From positions 1 to 63,984 of IMG/VR virus record IMGVR_UViG_3300035002_000032: a DNA stretch of 63,984 bases, one strand, 5' to 3'. The notes beneath the pieces are model-generated. The model was not told the DNA's origin. It saw only the letters and a list, made by a program, of their open reading frames with translations, and ran no database searches. Both the position numbers and the translations under genes were made by a program. Of this stretch, positions 18,230-27,647 are shown one piece after another. Source of the DNA: a virus. Its lineage: Duplodnaviria > Caudoviricetes. Position 1 is the stretch's first letter. Every line of letters starts with the position of its first letter.

Positions 18230-18742
18230 ATGACCAAACCACAATTCCTAGCCGCGGATGTGGCCAACCTTGAAGCCCACATCCATGCCCTCATGCAGGC
18301 ATACCCCGACCTTGCCGAGGACGAAGACCTTCGTCGCGACTGCATAGAGGGCGAAACCGATGCGTTCTCCGTTCTCTCCCGCCTCGTCGACATCGAGCGC
18401 GAAGCGGACAGCATGTCGCGCGCGATAAAGCAGCGCCAGGACGAGCTTGCCGCCCGCAAAAACATGGCAGACCGTCGCAAGGAAGCCATGCGCACCCTGA
18501 TGCTGCGCGTCATGAAGGCGGCCGGCATCCAGAAGGCGCCGCTTGTGGAGGCTACCGTTAGCGTAACGAAGGGCCGGCAGTCGGTGGAAATCATCGACGA
18601 AACGCTGCTGCCCAAGTGGGCCATCCGCATCAGGACAGAGCCGGACAAGCGGCTGATACTGGAAAGGCTTGCCGCCAACAAGAATGTCAAGGGCGCGCGG
18701 CTTAAGGATGGGGACGAGACGATCAGCGTAAGGGTGGCGTGA
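18230..18742 (+). CDS. Siphovirus Gp157-like protein
   Basis: Coiled coil followed by EPDKRLI...VKGARL...ISVR. Confidence 0.8.
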   Translation: MTKPQFLAADVANLEAHIHALMQAYPDLAEDEDLRRDCIEGETDAFSVLSRLVDIEREADSMSRAIKQRQDELAARKNMADRRKEAMRTLMLRVMKAAGIQKAPLVEATVSVTKGRQSVEIIDETLLPKWAIRIRTEPDKRLILERLAANKNVKGARLKDGDETISVRVA

Positions 18743-19083
18743 TGAGCACGGTGACCGAAGTAGCCAAAATATGGGGCGTTGCAACGGAACTTCCGGAACA
18801 TAGCCTCGGCAAGTTCTTGGACGAACTTGATCACGTATATTACAGCATCCCATCCGACTGCCGCGCGTCGGCAGAAATTGATTTTGACCCCTACATTGAT
18901 TGTGCGGGCGATAGCTATCCGCAAGTGCGCATAACTTATGAGCGCCCGGAGACTCCGGCCGAAAAGGCTAAGAGAACTGGCGACGAGCGTGCACATTGGA
19001 TGGAGCAACTAGAAAATGCGCGTGAGCGTGTCGACTATTGCACCAAGCAGTTGGACAGCCTGCCGGTTAATCGGAGGACTTGA
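18739..19083 (+). CDS. Hypothetical protein
   Basis: Coupled ORF, YERPETPAE motif. Confidence 0.55.
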   Translation: MMSTVTEVAKIWGVATELPEHSLGKFLDELDHVYYSIPSDCRASAEIDFDPYIDCAGDSYPQVRITYERPETPAEKAKRTGDERAHWMEQLENARERVDYCTKQLDSLPVNRRT

Positions 19084-19349
19084 TGAACACCTACGAATAC
19101 ACGGTCGATAAAGACGAAGCCAGATACGAGTTCAAAAGCAAGTTCGTTCCGGAATCCTATTGGGTTTTCGAAGACGCGGCCGAAGACTTCTACCATGAAC
19201 ATGATGGATGGGAGTGCGGGTGGCCCATGCGCTTCGACGTCTATAACGAAGGCAGGTGGCTTGGCGCTAGGGATGTCCATATGGAGATGGAGCCGAACTT
19301 TACGGCGTTTGACATTGTGTCCGCCACTTGCACAGCGGTGGCCGCATGA
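19080..19349 (+). CDS. Hypothetical protein
   Basis: AAEDFY.EHDGWE.GWP pattern; coupled. Confidence 0.6.
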   Translation: MMNTYEYTVDKDEARYEFKSKFVPESYWVFEDAAEDFYHEHDGWECGWPMRFDVYNEGRWLGARDVHMEMEPNFTAFDIVSATCTAVAA

Positions 19350-19666
19350 TGGAGTACGCGTACGAATACCCCGACAACTTATGGGCCGTCTCCATCGACA
19401 CAGTCGCCATCACGCGTGTCAATTGCTCGCCGCTGGACCATGGTCCTGACTGCCCACGCTACATCCGCGCCGACATCGTGACCAAACTCCTGTCCGAAGC
19501 ATGTAGCATAATTCGGAAAGGGCAGGCCGCAGCATCGGCAAGCTATCATCAGGCTTATGCCGAATGGCAGCGGCATGACATCACGGCCAGCAAGCACGGC
19601 TCCGTTGTGCAAGACTTCCGCGACGCGGCGTGGCGGTTCTTGTTGGTGTATGAGGAGAAGGCGTGA
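19346..19666 (+). CDS. Hypothetical protein
   Basis: YIRAD phage motif; coupled. Confidence 0.5.
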   Translation: MMEYAYEYPDNLWAVSIDTVAITRVNCSPLDHGPDCPRYIRADIVTKLLSEACSIIRKGQAAASASYHQAYAEWQRHDITASKHGSVVQDFRDAAWRFLLVYEEKA

Positions 19667-19971
19667 TGGGCAGTTACGCCAACGAAATGCACCGTGCAGA
19701 GCGGCTAGCTCAAGAGCGCGGCAGGCGACTTGCCACGGAACGGCGCCCCGTTGTTTTTGCGCAACAACCCGCGCGGCTGCGTGATGACCAAATGCTCTGC
19801 CCGGAATGCGGCGACATAGCCGAAAGCGATAGCGTTGACGTCGGGGTTGGCCTCTACATCCGTGGCAACTACGAATGCCGCTGCGGCTGGGAATACGAAG
19901 CGGACGGGCGCATGAATGTCGCGTCTTATGACGATTATTTTTACAGCCAGGTGTCGCCATGTATTCCATAG
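19663..19971 (+). CDS. Small Zn-ribbon protein
   Basis: CPECG...VDVGVG...CRCGW. Confidence 0.6.
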   Translation: MMGSYANEMHRAERLAQERGRRLATERRPVVFAQQPARLRDDQMLCPECGDIAESDSVDVGVGLYIRGNYECRCGWEYEADGRMNVASYDDYFYSQVSPCIP

Positions 19972-20089
19972 GCCTGGCTATCCGCCCCGCACGAATACGA
20001 ACCTGACTACGAAGCATATTGGCGCGACCTGGAGTCGCTAGAGGAAGCCATGGCTGACGTGGCGGCTTATGAAGATTGGTTTGTTGAAC

Positions 20090-21382
20090 ATGATGAATAG
20101 CGAACCGCAGTACACCAAATCTGAACACCTCGACGGGCGCGTGACGCTCTACGGCGGCGATAACCGCGATGTTTTGCGGGACTTGCCCGACTGCTCGATA
20201 GACAGCATCGTGACTGACCCGCCCTATGCGCTCGTGTCCATCCAGAAGCGGTTCGGCAAGCCGGGCAGCGCGCCCACCAAAGACGGCGACGTCTACAGCC
20301 GCGCTAGTGCCGGATTCATGGGCAAGCAATGGGATACCGGCGAGGTTGCCTTTAGCGAAGTGTTTTGGGCCGAATGCCTCCGCGTGCTGAAGCCTGGCGG
20401 GCACGTTGTGGCGTTCTCCGGCACGCGCACTTACCACCGCATGGCTGTGGCGATCGAGGATGCGGGCTTTGAAATCCGCGATCAGTTGGCTTGGTGCTAT
20501 TTCAGCGGATTCCCCAAAAGCCACAATGTGGGGAAATCGATCGACAAACACCTCGGTGCCGAACGCGAGAAAGTGCGCGTCGATAACCCGCGCATTGCGA
20601 ACATGCCGACCGCCAATACTGGCGCTGGTCGTCCGTGGCTGGATGCCGCAATTGAGCGAGGATACCATGAGAAGGCCGGCGACGAACCGGCCACGCCGCA
20701 GGCTGCGGCGTGGAACTCGTGGGGGACGGCTCTCAAGCCGGCGTGGGAGCCTATCGCATTAGCTAGAAAGCCGCTCATTGGAACGGTTGCGCTTAACGTC
20801 CTTGAACACGGTACGGGGGTGCTGAACATCGACGGTTGTCGAGTCGGCGACGAGCTTAAAGTGGTTACGGCCAGCAACGGGATCCGAATTTCAGAAAACG
20901 GAAGCATGGCCGGCGGCAACTCTGCCATAGTTGCCGCCGGTATCAAGGTTGGTGCTTGGCCGGCGAACATCCTTACGGACGGCAGCGATGAAGTTTTTGC
21001 TGTGTGCGGAGATGCCGCCGAGAACGTCTCGCGCCTATACTTCTCAGCAAAAGCCGACAAACTCGACCGCATCGGCAGCAAGCATCCAACCGTGAAGCCG
21101 GTCGACCTGATGCAATGGCTTGTGCGGCTGGTCACGCCGAAAGGCGGACTGGTGCTGGATCCATTCGCCGGCAGCGGCTCAACGGGCGAGGCGGCATGGC
21201 GCGAGGGTACGCGCTGCATACTAATTGAGCGCGAGGAAGAATACCAGGCCGATATTGCCGAGCGGCTGCGTTTAGCAGACGCCGGGCCGGCTACCCGTAA
21301 GGCACGCGCCGTTAAGCAGGCGGCGAATGACAATGACTTGCCGTTGTTTGGCGGCACTGGCACGGGGGGGGTATCGGGGTGA
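20090..21382 (+). CDS. N6-adenine/N4-cytosine DNA methyltransferase (beta class)
   Basis: DPPY, RVLKPGG, HPTVKP, LDPFAGSGS. Confidence 0.92.
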   Translation: MMNSEPQYTKSEHLDGRVTLYGGDNRDVLRDLPDCSIDSIVTDPPYALVSIQKRFGKPGSAPTKDGDVYSRASAGFMGKQWDTGEVAFSEVFWAECLRVLKPGGHVVAFSGTRTYHRMAVAIEDAGFEIRDQLAWCYFSGFPKSHNVGKSIDKHLGAEREKVRVDNPRIANMPTANTGAGRPWLDAAIERGYHEKAGDEPATPQAAAWNSWGTALKPAWEPIALARKPLIGTVALNVLEHGTGVLNIDGCRVGDELKVVTASNGIRISENGSMAGGNSAIVAAGIKVGAWPANILTDGSDEVFAVCGDAAENVSRLYFSAKADKLDRIGSKHPTVKPVDLMQWLVRLVTPKGGLVLDPFAGSGSTGEAAWREGTRCILIEREEEYQADIAERLRLADAGPATRKARAVKQAANDNDLPLFGGTGTGGVSG

Positions 21383-21488
21383 AGGAAGGCAAATCTACGG
21401 CCACTTCGCAGATCAAAACGGACGGCGGAATCATGGCGGGTAAGGGTGGCTTTGGATTCCGTATTCGCGAACATAAGGAACGGGCCGC

Positions 21489-21824
21489 ATGAGCCAGCAC
21501 GACCCAGCCGACTGCTTTTTCTGCGGCCAACGCGCAATCGGCATAGGCATTGGCTTTACCACGTCCCGCGACAACGACCCAAGGTGGCTTTGCATGTCCT
21601 GTGTTCCACTAGCCAACGACATCAGGCGCCTCAAGCGGCCCGACGCCTACAAACTCAAGGCACGCGAGGGGGGCATGGAGGCGGCCGGTCCGCTGGTGGA
21701 TGAGTTCGGCACAGACCTTGGTGAATGGTCGGAGGAGCAGGTTCTCATGTTTGTCGGAGCCATATGGGATGGCTGCTCGAGGCGGTTGAGGGAATTGGTG
21801 AGAAACGACAGTGCTCCATTTTGA
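21489..21824 (+). CDS. DUF6511-like Zn-binding protein
   Basis: Two CxxC motifs; ends APF. Confidence 0.55.
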   Translation: MSQHDPADCFFCGQRAIGIGIGFTTSRDNDPRWLCMSCVPLANDIRRLKRPDAYKLKAREGGMEAAGPLVDEFGTDLGEWSEEQVLMFVGAIWDGCSRRLRELVRNDSAPF

Positions 21825-23121
21825 CGGACCAAGCGTCCTAGACCTGTTTAGCGCGGCGGCGGGCGGGTGGTCGTTGGGCATGCATCGCGCGGGCTATCAC
21901 ACCATAGCCGCATGCGAAGTCGTCCCGTGGCGGCGCGCGCTTTACTTGCAGAATAACCCCGGAGTTCCCGTCTATGACGATGTCACCACACTCACCGCAG
22001 ACCGACTTGTTCGGGACGGTATTGGACTTCCCGACGTCATCGTCGGCTCGCCGCCGTGCCAGGACATCAGCAGCGCCAACACCAAAGGCAAGGGCGTCGA
22101 CGGAGAGCGAAGCGGCCTCTACTTCGAGGCTGTCCGACTTATCGACGAATGCCGGCCTCGTTGGTTCGCTCTTGAAAATAGCGCTAATCTCCGAACTAGA
22201 GGCGCTGACCGGATCATCGATGCGCTGGCGGCAATCGGCTACACCTGCTGGCCATTCGTGGTTAGTGCTGGAGACATCGGCGCTAACCACGAACGAAAGC
22301 GAAGCTGGCTCATCGGCTTCAATGCTCGCGACACCGCGCAAGACGGATGCCGATCGGGGCGGGCGTGGGGACGTGCTTTCACAGTTGCGCGGCTATCCGA
22401 GCAAGCATGCGGGGATGCCGACGCCACGAGCATCGGACGCGCATCATGGGGCGGAAGTGGCGAAGGCGCATGCGGAGAAGGCGACTGGCGTGTCACTGGT
22501 GACTGCGCTGCACATGGGCGCCAAGGAAATGTTCCACAAGCCGACAGCGAAGGCCAACTTTGCGTCCGCGAGCATGCAGAAGTGGGAATCGTGCCGGCCG
22601 TGGAATGTAATGTTCGAGACTTTGCCAACGCCAACGAAGCGAGACAAGCGGCTGGACTCCAAGAGTCCAGCCCACGATTGTCGCCACAGTCCGGCGCTGG
22701 ATGCGGTGGTGAGCGGTGCGATGACGGGCAAGGCGTCGGACAAGTGGATTGGCGCGAGGCTGCTGGCACAACTCCTGCAGAGCCGTGGGCTGACTGGAAC
22801 GGCGGCCTTGCCGGTCACCTACGGGTGGATGATGGGCTATCCACCTGGGTGGCTGAGTCGCGCATTGCGGTCGGCGGTCCACGCGGAACAGTTGCGGCTA
22901 GTCTCATCGTTGAAGCCTTCGGGGACGCGGTCTGCCCGCAAATCCCGGAAGCCATCGGCCACGCCATCCTCCGAGTAGAGGCTGCCCTGGCCGCCCTTTA
23001 CGCACCCGCAAACGACAACACGAACAAGGACGCCAGGCCCTTGCAGCCTCAAGCCTTGCAGCAGCCTAGCACGCCACTAGACCTCGCCCTTTCCTACATC
23101 GCTCGCGGATGGCCAAAATGA
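21811..23121 (+). CDS. C5-cytosine DNA methyltransferase, alpha polypeptide
   Basis: LDLFS..GG (I), PPCQ (IV), ENS (VI), HERKR (VIII), FGDAVCPQ (X); motif IX not evident. Confidence 0.85.
   Translation: MLHFDGPSVLDLFSAAAGGWSLGMHRAGYHTIAACEVVPWRRALYLQNNPGVPVYDDVTTLTADRLVRDGIGLPDVIVGSPPCQDISSANTKGKGVDGERSGLYFEAVRLIDECRPRWFALENSANLRTRGADRIIDALAAIGYTCWPFVVSAGDIGANHERKRSWLIGFNARDTAQDGCRSGRAWGRAFTVARLSEQACGDADATSIGRASWGGSGEGACGEGDWRVTGDCAAHGRQGNVPQADSEGQLCVREHAEVGIVPAVECNVRDFANANEARQAAGLQESSPRLSPQSGAGCGGERCDDGQGVGQVDWREAAGTTPAEPWADWNGGLAGHLRVDDGLSTWVAESRIAVGGPRGTVAASLIVEAFGDAVCPQIPEAIGHAILRVEAALAALYAPANDNTNKDARPLQPQALQQPSTPLDLALSYIARGWPK
21974..22978 (+). CDS. Nested alternative-frame ORF: probable beta polypeptide of the C5 methyltransferase
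   Basis: Repeated (L/M)xTP..D modules and motif-IX-like WMMGYPPGW; entirely inside the alpha gene; true start uncertain. Confidence 0.7.
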   Translation: MTMSPHSPQTDLFGTVLDFPTSSSARRRARTSAAPTPKARASTESEAASTSRLSDLSTNAGLVGSLLKIALISELEALTGSSMRWRQSATPAGHSWLVLETSALTTNESEAGSSASMLATPRKTDADRGGRGDVLSQLRGYPSKHAGMPTPRASDAHHGAEVAKAHAEKATGVSLVTALHMGAKEMFHKPTAKANFASASMQKWESCRPWNVMFETLPTPTKRDKRLDSKSPAHDCRHSPALDAVVSGAMTGKASDKWIGARLLAQLLQSRGLTGTAALPVTYGWMMGYPPGWLSRALRSAVHAEQLRLVSSLKPSGTRSARKSRKPSATPSSE

Positions 23122-23647
23122 TCTACAACATCAAAGCAATACCAACGACATATGCCGGCGTGAACTTCCGCTCACGACTGGAGGCGCGGTGGGCCGCATT
23201 CTTCGATCTATGTGGGTGGAAATGGGATTATGAGCCTTTTGATTTGGATGGTTGGACTCCGGATTTTCTGATAAAAACTCGTATTGCTGATGTCCTGGTT
23301 GAGGTTAAGCCGCTTCACATTGAGCGTGTTATAGGTCATCCAGATATTCTTGAATTTGAAAAAGCTTGTAAGCATAGAGACGCGCACCAAATACTCCTCA
23401 TCGGGCTGTCTCCGGTGGAGCGATCATTAGTGCCGGGCTCTCTGCTACTAGCGGGTCACGCTATTTGTGGGACGACATAGCAGTGGAGTTGCAGCCGCCT
23501 CAAATCGACTGGGCAACTGGCGAATACATCGAGCCAGATTCGCGGTGGCGCGAAGCTGGCAACCGCGTCCAGTGGGGCACATCATCGGCAGAGCCTCATC
23601 AATCAGCGCTTGAGCTTGTCAGCAGAGCAGCAAGGAAAGCAGCGTGA
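23118..23647 (+). pseudogene. PD-(D/E)xK-like endonuclease, frameshifted near 23430-23465
   Basis: FRSRLEARWA...WDYEP...PDF...EVK in one frame; C-terminus ..WREAGNRVQW in another. Confidence 0.6.
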
Positions 23648-26013
23648 CAGAACTTGACCTAGCCCTTTCCTACGCCGAAGCCGGCGTTCCCGTTTTCCCT
23701 TGTCGCGCCGCCGATGAGGATACCGGCCAACACGATCCTGACACCGGAGAAGTGATAATCCTCAAAGCAAAGACGCCTCTGGTCAGTAACGGCTTTAAGG
23801 GTGCCACGAAGAACATTCCTCTCATCAAGCGCATGTGGCCGCGCTTCCCCGGCGCAATGGTCGGGATTCCCACGGGAGAGCAGTTAGGCGCGTGGGTGCT
23901 TGACATCGACGTTCACAGGGATGACGATGGCAAAATCATCAACGGCTTTGAAACACTAGCCGCGCTCGAGGATGTTCACGGCCCGCTTCCACGCACCGCC
24001 GTCGCCAGAACAGCTGGTGGCGGCGAGCATCACTATTTCGAATACGCCCCTGGCGTTCGTAACCGAGGGCGCCTCGGCGCCGGTCTGGACGTTCGAGGTT
24101 CGGGTGGCTATGTGATCGCCCCTGGCAGCAAGACTGCGGATGGCCGCGATTATCTGTGGGTGGACTTTGATGGCCTCGGCCTTCCTCCGTTGCCGGCCGC
24201 GCCCGATTGGTTGCTTGAGCTTGTCCTACCAAAGGCGCCAGTGCAACACGGCGGTGATTATTCGTACGGTGGAGGCGACAATTCAGCGTATGTCGAGCGT
24301 GCCGTTTCTGATGAATTGCGGATGCTGGCAACTGCCCCACAAGGCTCGCGTGGTGAGGCGGTCAACCGTAGTGCATTCAACCTTGGAACAATGGTCGGAG
24401 CCGGCGCCCTGTCTCGATCAGAGGCCGAAGCCGGGTTGCTTGACGCTGCCTACGCCAACGGCGTGGTGGCGAAAGATGGCGAGAAAGAGATAAGGGCCAA
24501 AATCCGCCGCGGTCTGGATGCTGGCATAAAGCAACCGCGCCAGATACGGGAGCCCGATTATTGGAGCGACGGGACACGCCCGGTTAAGCTCGACGGCATG
24601 ATTGCGAAGGGTCTAGTGAAAAAGGCGCCTGCCCCCACAGCGGCGGCGCCCGCTGTCGTGTCCGAAGTTTGTATACATTCTTCGGACAGCGCGCAGACCG
24701 AGCACGAGGACGATGTGCCTGATTACAAGCTCGAGGCCGTGGCCGACCTTGAGTCACTGACCTATCCTGGCGGACTGGTAGAAGACCTTATTGATTGGAT
24801 AGTGTCGTCGGCGGAGTATCCTTCGCGAACGCTTGCAATGGCTGCCGTCCTGCCCATGGTCGCGGCATTATGTGGCGCCCGCTATTCAACCGGCAGTCGC
24901 GATACCAGGACCAACATCTACACGGTGGCGTTGGCAGAATCCGGCTTCGGCAAGGAACATGCCCGCAGCCAGATAAAACGCATCCTGATGAATGACCGCG
25001 GTGTATTTAGCGACTATAGCGGCCCGGCCCGTATTATGTCTGCGTCTGCGCTTCGTGAGGTGCTGGAAAAGAACTCGTCCGTCAACTGTCAAATCGATGA
25101 GTTCGGTGGCTTTGTTCGGGAAATTACCGATCGCAAGGCGGGCAGCCACCAACGTGCAATCTCAACGGACATGCGCGATTACTACTCGGCATCGTCTACG
25201 TTTTTTGAGGGCGCTGCGTACCGCGGTACGCCCCCGAAACGCATCTATAATCCGTGCCTATGCATCCACGGGACGTCAACGCCAGAGCAATTCTGGACGG
25301 CCCTTTCGTCCGCCAGCGCCGAAGATGGACTTTTGCCACGACTGATACTGTTTCACGTCAAGGGCGAAAAGCCAGCGGCTGTTAAGCCGAAGCGTGATGT
25401 TAGAGACGTTTCGCACATCCTAATGGAGCGGATGGCCGGGGTTGCGGGCATTGACGTCGCCAAGAAGCGCGGAAACTTAGCCGAAAAGGGTATAAAGGTT
25501 AAGGCCGATTGGGCGGAGAACAAGCCTTATATCGTGCCGTGGACGCCAGATGCAGAAGGCGTTTTCATGGCCGTAAAGGAGACCATTGATGCGAGGGAGG
25601 GGCAAGTTGCGGTGGAGGAGCGGCCTTTCGTTCGGCGCATTGTGGAGAACGCTATCAAGCTGGCGCTTATCGTTGCAGTCGGGAAGGATCCGTCCGAGCC
25701 AATTATAACCGAGGCGGACTTTGAATGGGCCGCTGCTGTAGCGTGGACATGCGCCGCAGGCATGCTGGCCGAGGTGGGAGACCGCCTGGCCGACAATCAG
25801 CGTGAGGCAAACTACAAGAAGATTGCCGGCCTCATACGAAAGGCTGGCAAGAAGGGTATCACAGAGGGTCGTATGTTCGACCGATGCAAGGCGATCGACG
25901 GATGGCAGAAGAAGGAAATTCTCGAAGAACTTTTCAAGACCGGAAGCGTCGTTGTGGCCGCCAACGACAATAAATCCGGGCGCCCCGCGAAGCGGCTTGT
26001 GTGGGCCGAATAA
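23644..26013 (+). CDS. Bifunctional primase-polymerase fused to a helicase-like (DUF3987-type) domain
   Basis: PVFPC, VLDID, GGEHHYF, LDVRGSGGYVIAPGS; ESGFGKE, IDEFG, DGLLPR. Confidence 0.9.
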   Translation: MTELDLALSYAEAGVPVFPCRAADEDTGQHDPDTGEVIILKAKTPLVSNGFKGATKNIPLIKRMWPRFPGAMVGIPTGEQLGAWVLDIDVHRDDDGKIINGFETLAALEDVHGPLPRTAVARTAGGGEHHYFEYAPGVRNRGRLGAGLDVRGSGGYVIAPGSKTADGRDYLWVDFDGLGLPPLPAAPDWLLELVLPKAPVQHGGDYSYGGGDNSAYVERAVSDELRMLATAPQGSRGEAVNRSAFNLGTMVGAGALSRSEAEAGLLDAAYANGVVAKDGEKEIRAKIRRGLDAGIKQPRQIREPDYWSDGTRPVKLDGMIAKGLVKKAPAPTAAAPAVVSEVCIHSSDSAQTEHEDDVPDYKLEAVADLESLTYPGGLVEDLIDWIVSSAEYPSRTLAMAAVLPMVAALCGARYSTGSRDTRTNIYTVALAESGFGKEHARSQIKRILMNDRGVFSDYSGPARIMSASALREVLEKNSSVNCQIDEFGGFVREITDRKAGSHQRAISTDMRDYYSASSTFFEGAAYRGTPPKRIYNPCLCIHGTSTPEQFWTALSSASAEDGLLPRLILFHVKGEKPAAVKPKRDVRDVSHILMERMAGVAGIDVAKKRGNLAEKGIKVKADWAENKPYIVPWTPDAEGVFMAVKETIDAREGQVAVEERPFVRRIVENAIKLALIVAVGKDPSEPIITEADFEWAAAVAWTCAAGMLAEVGDRLADNQREANYKKIAGLIRKAGKKGITEGRMFDRCKAIDGWQKKEILEELFKTGSVVVAANDNKSGRPAKRLVWAE

Positions 26014-26024
26014 CGTCCATCCAC

Positions 26025-26244
26025 GCCTGACTTTCGTCCATGGATGAAAGTGGACTTTCGTCCATTTGTCCGACTTTCATCCACTCGCAGAATGGACGAA
26101 AGTCAGGCCAAAAAACACAATGAAAACAACGACGTATATACTATATATATAGTTTCATCCATTTATCCATAACGTTATGTATATGTACCATTTTCTATCA
26201 TTTTCATAGGTCTGTGTAATATATAGAGGAGAAATGGACGAAAT
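26025..26244. repeat. Putative replication origin: iterons plus AT-rich tract
   Basis: GACTTTCRTCCA-like units at 26029(+), 26041(-), 26053(+), 26072(+), 26093(-); partial copies at 26152 and 26235; AT-rich 26110-26230. Confidence 0.75.
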
Positions 26245-26959
26245 GTCAGACGCTGCGGTCGCATCTACCCAAACCATCCATTCTGCTGCGAGTAGCGAGC
26301 AGCGACAAATCGTCATCGACACCGAGACCACCGGGATCGACTTCGCGACTGACCGCATCGTCGAGATTGGTGCGGTAGAGTTGGACGGCCTGACGCCCAC
26401 GGGCCGCACCTACCACGCCTACCATAACCCCGGCATACCGGTGCCTGCGGAAGCCACAGCCATCCACGGTCTGACCAACGAGTTCCTTGCCGGCTTCCCG
26501 GCGTTCCAGCCCGAGCCGCTTCTGGCGTTTATAGGTGACGCCCCGCTTGTGGCCCACAACGCCGGCTTCGATATCGGCATGCTTAACGCCGAACTGCGGC
26601 GGTGCCGCTGTCCTGCGCTGGCCAACCCTGTGGTCGACACGCTTGCCATGGCGCGTATCAAGCATCCGGGCGCCTCGTGCAACATGGACGCCCTATGCAA
26701 GCGCTACGGCGTGTCCACGGCCCGCAGAACGAAGCACGGCGCGCTTCTGGATGCGGAACTGCTTGCAGCGGTCTATTACGCCCTTGCGGCTGAGCAACAG
26801 ACACTAGATTTAGTGGCATCAGAGCATTCTATCCCCTATATTATGGTTGTGGGGCGGCAGACGCCGTTGGTGGGGCGAGTAACGGAAGCCGAGATGGCCG
26901 CGCATGCGGCGTTCGTGGCGGAACTGGAAGCGGCGAGTGGGAGGCGTTTGTGGGCGTGA
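26234..26959 (+). CDS. dnaQ: DNA polymerase III epsilon subunit (DEDDh exonuclease)
   Basis: DTETTG, HNAGFD, HGALLDAELLA, and C-terminal EMAAHAAF. Confidence 0.9.
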   Translation: MDEMSDAAVASTQTIHSAASSEQRQIVIDTETTGIDFATDRIVEIGAVELDGLTPTGRTYHAYHNPGIPVPAEATAIHGLTNEFLAGFPAFQPEPLLAFIGDAPLVAHNAGFDIGMLNAELRRCRCPALANPVVDTLAMARIKHPGASCNMDALCKRYGVSTARRTKHGALLDAELLAAVYYALAAEQQTLDLVASEHSIPYIMVVGRQTPLVGRVTEAEMAAHAAFVAELEAASGRRLWA

Positions 26960-27144
26960 CAAAACACGAGTCAGTGTTGCGGGCTGTCCTGCGTTGGGCT
27001 GAGCAGCGCTGTCCTTGCCATAACGAGGAACCAAACCCCTGTCCGCTTTGTGGCGCCTCGGTTGAAAACCTTGAAGCGTGCAAGTCGGCTGAGAACACCA
27101 TCCCGCTGCGGTTGCTCCGCGATATCAGGGTCGCTTTGGTATGA
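26956..27144 (+). CDS. Small Cys-rich protein
   Basis: CPC..PCPLCGA..CK; coupled. Confidence 0.5.
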   Translation: MTKHESVLRAVLRWAEQRCPCHNEEPNPCPLCGASVENLEACKSAENTIPLRLLRDIRVALV

Positions 27145-27647
27145 CCAGCACCCGGCAGACCATCCGCCTGAACGGTAAGCGCACCATCCTAACCACCCGC
27201 AACGGCAAGGTCACGGCTAAGCCTGCACTGCCCCAAGAGTGGGAGTTGCAGGCCCACCAAGTCAAAGCCCTGCGCGCCATGCCGGAATACGCCAAGACGG
27301 CGCGCGATGTCCGCCCCGGCATGTTTACGTTGGCCGGCGATCAGAATGCAGCCCGCCGCGGTCCAAAGGCGCGCATGCAGGCTCTTGCTGCGGGACTGAC
27401 GGCCGGCGAACATGACGTTCGTATCTACATGTATGGCGGGCGGCTAGGGCTTATCGAAAACAAGGTCGGCCGCGCGAAACTCGAGCCGAGCCAGGAAGCG
27501 CGTCATCCGCTTCTGGTGGCACTAGGCTTCACCATGCAGGCGGTCATCCGGGCGACGACGGAAGAAGACGCAGCTGCGCAGGCAGTGCGCCTAGTGCGCC
27601 AGTGGTTGGCCGCGAATGATAATCAAGCGCAGAGGGCGGTGGCATGA
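27141..27647 (+). CDS. VRR-NUC-like nuclease
   Basis: EWELQ, GLTAGEHD, IENK, SQ motifs; ends AANDNQAQRAVA. Confidence 0.75.
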   Translation: MTSTRQTIRLNGKRTILTTRNGKVTAKPALPQEWELQAHQVKALRAMPEYAKTARDVRPGMFTLAGDQNAARRGPKARMQALAAGLTAGEHDVRIYMYGGRLGLIENKVGRAKLEPSQEARHPLLVALGFTMQAVIRATTEEDAAAQAVRLVRQWLAANDNQAQRAVA

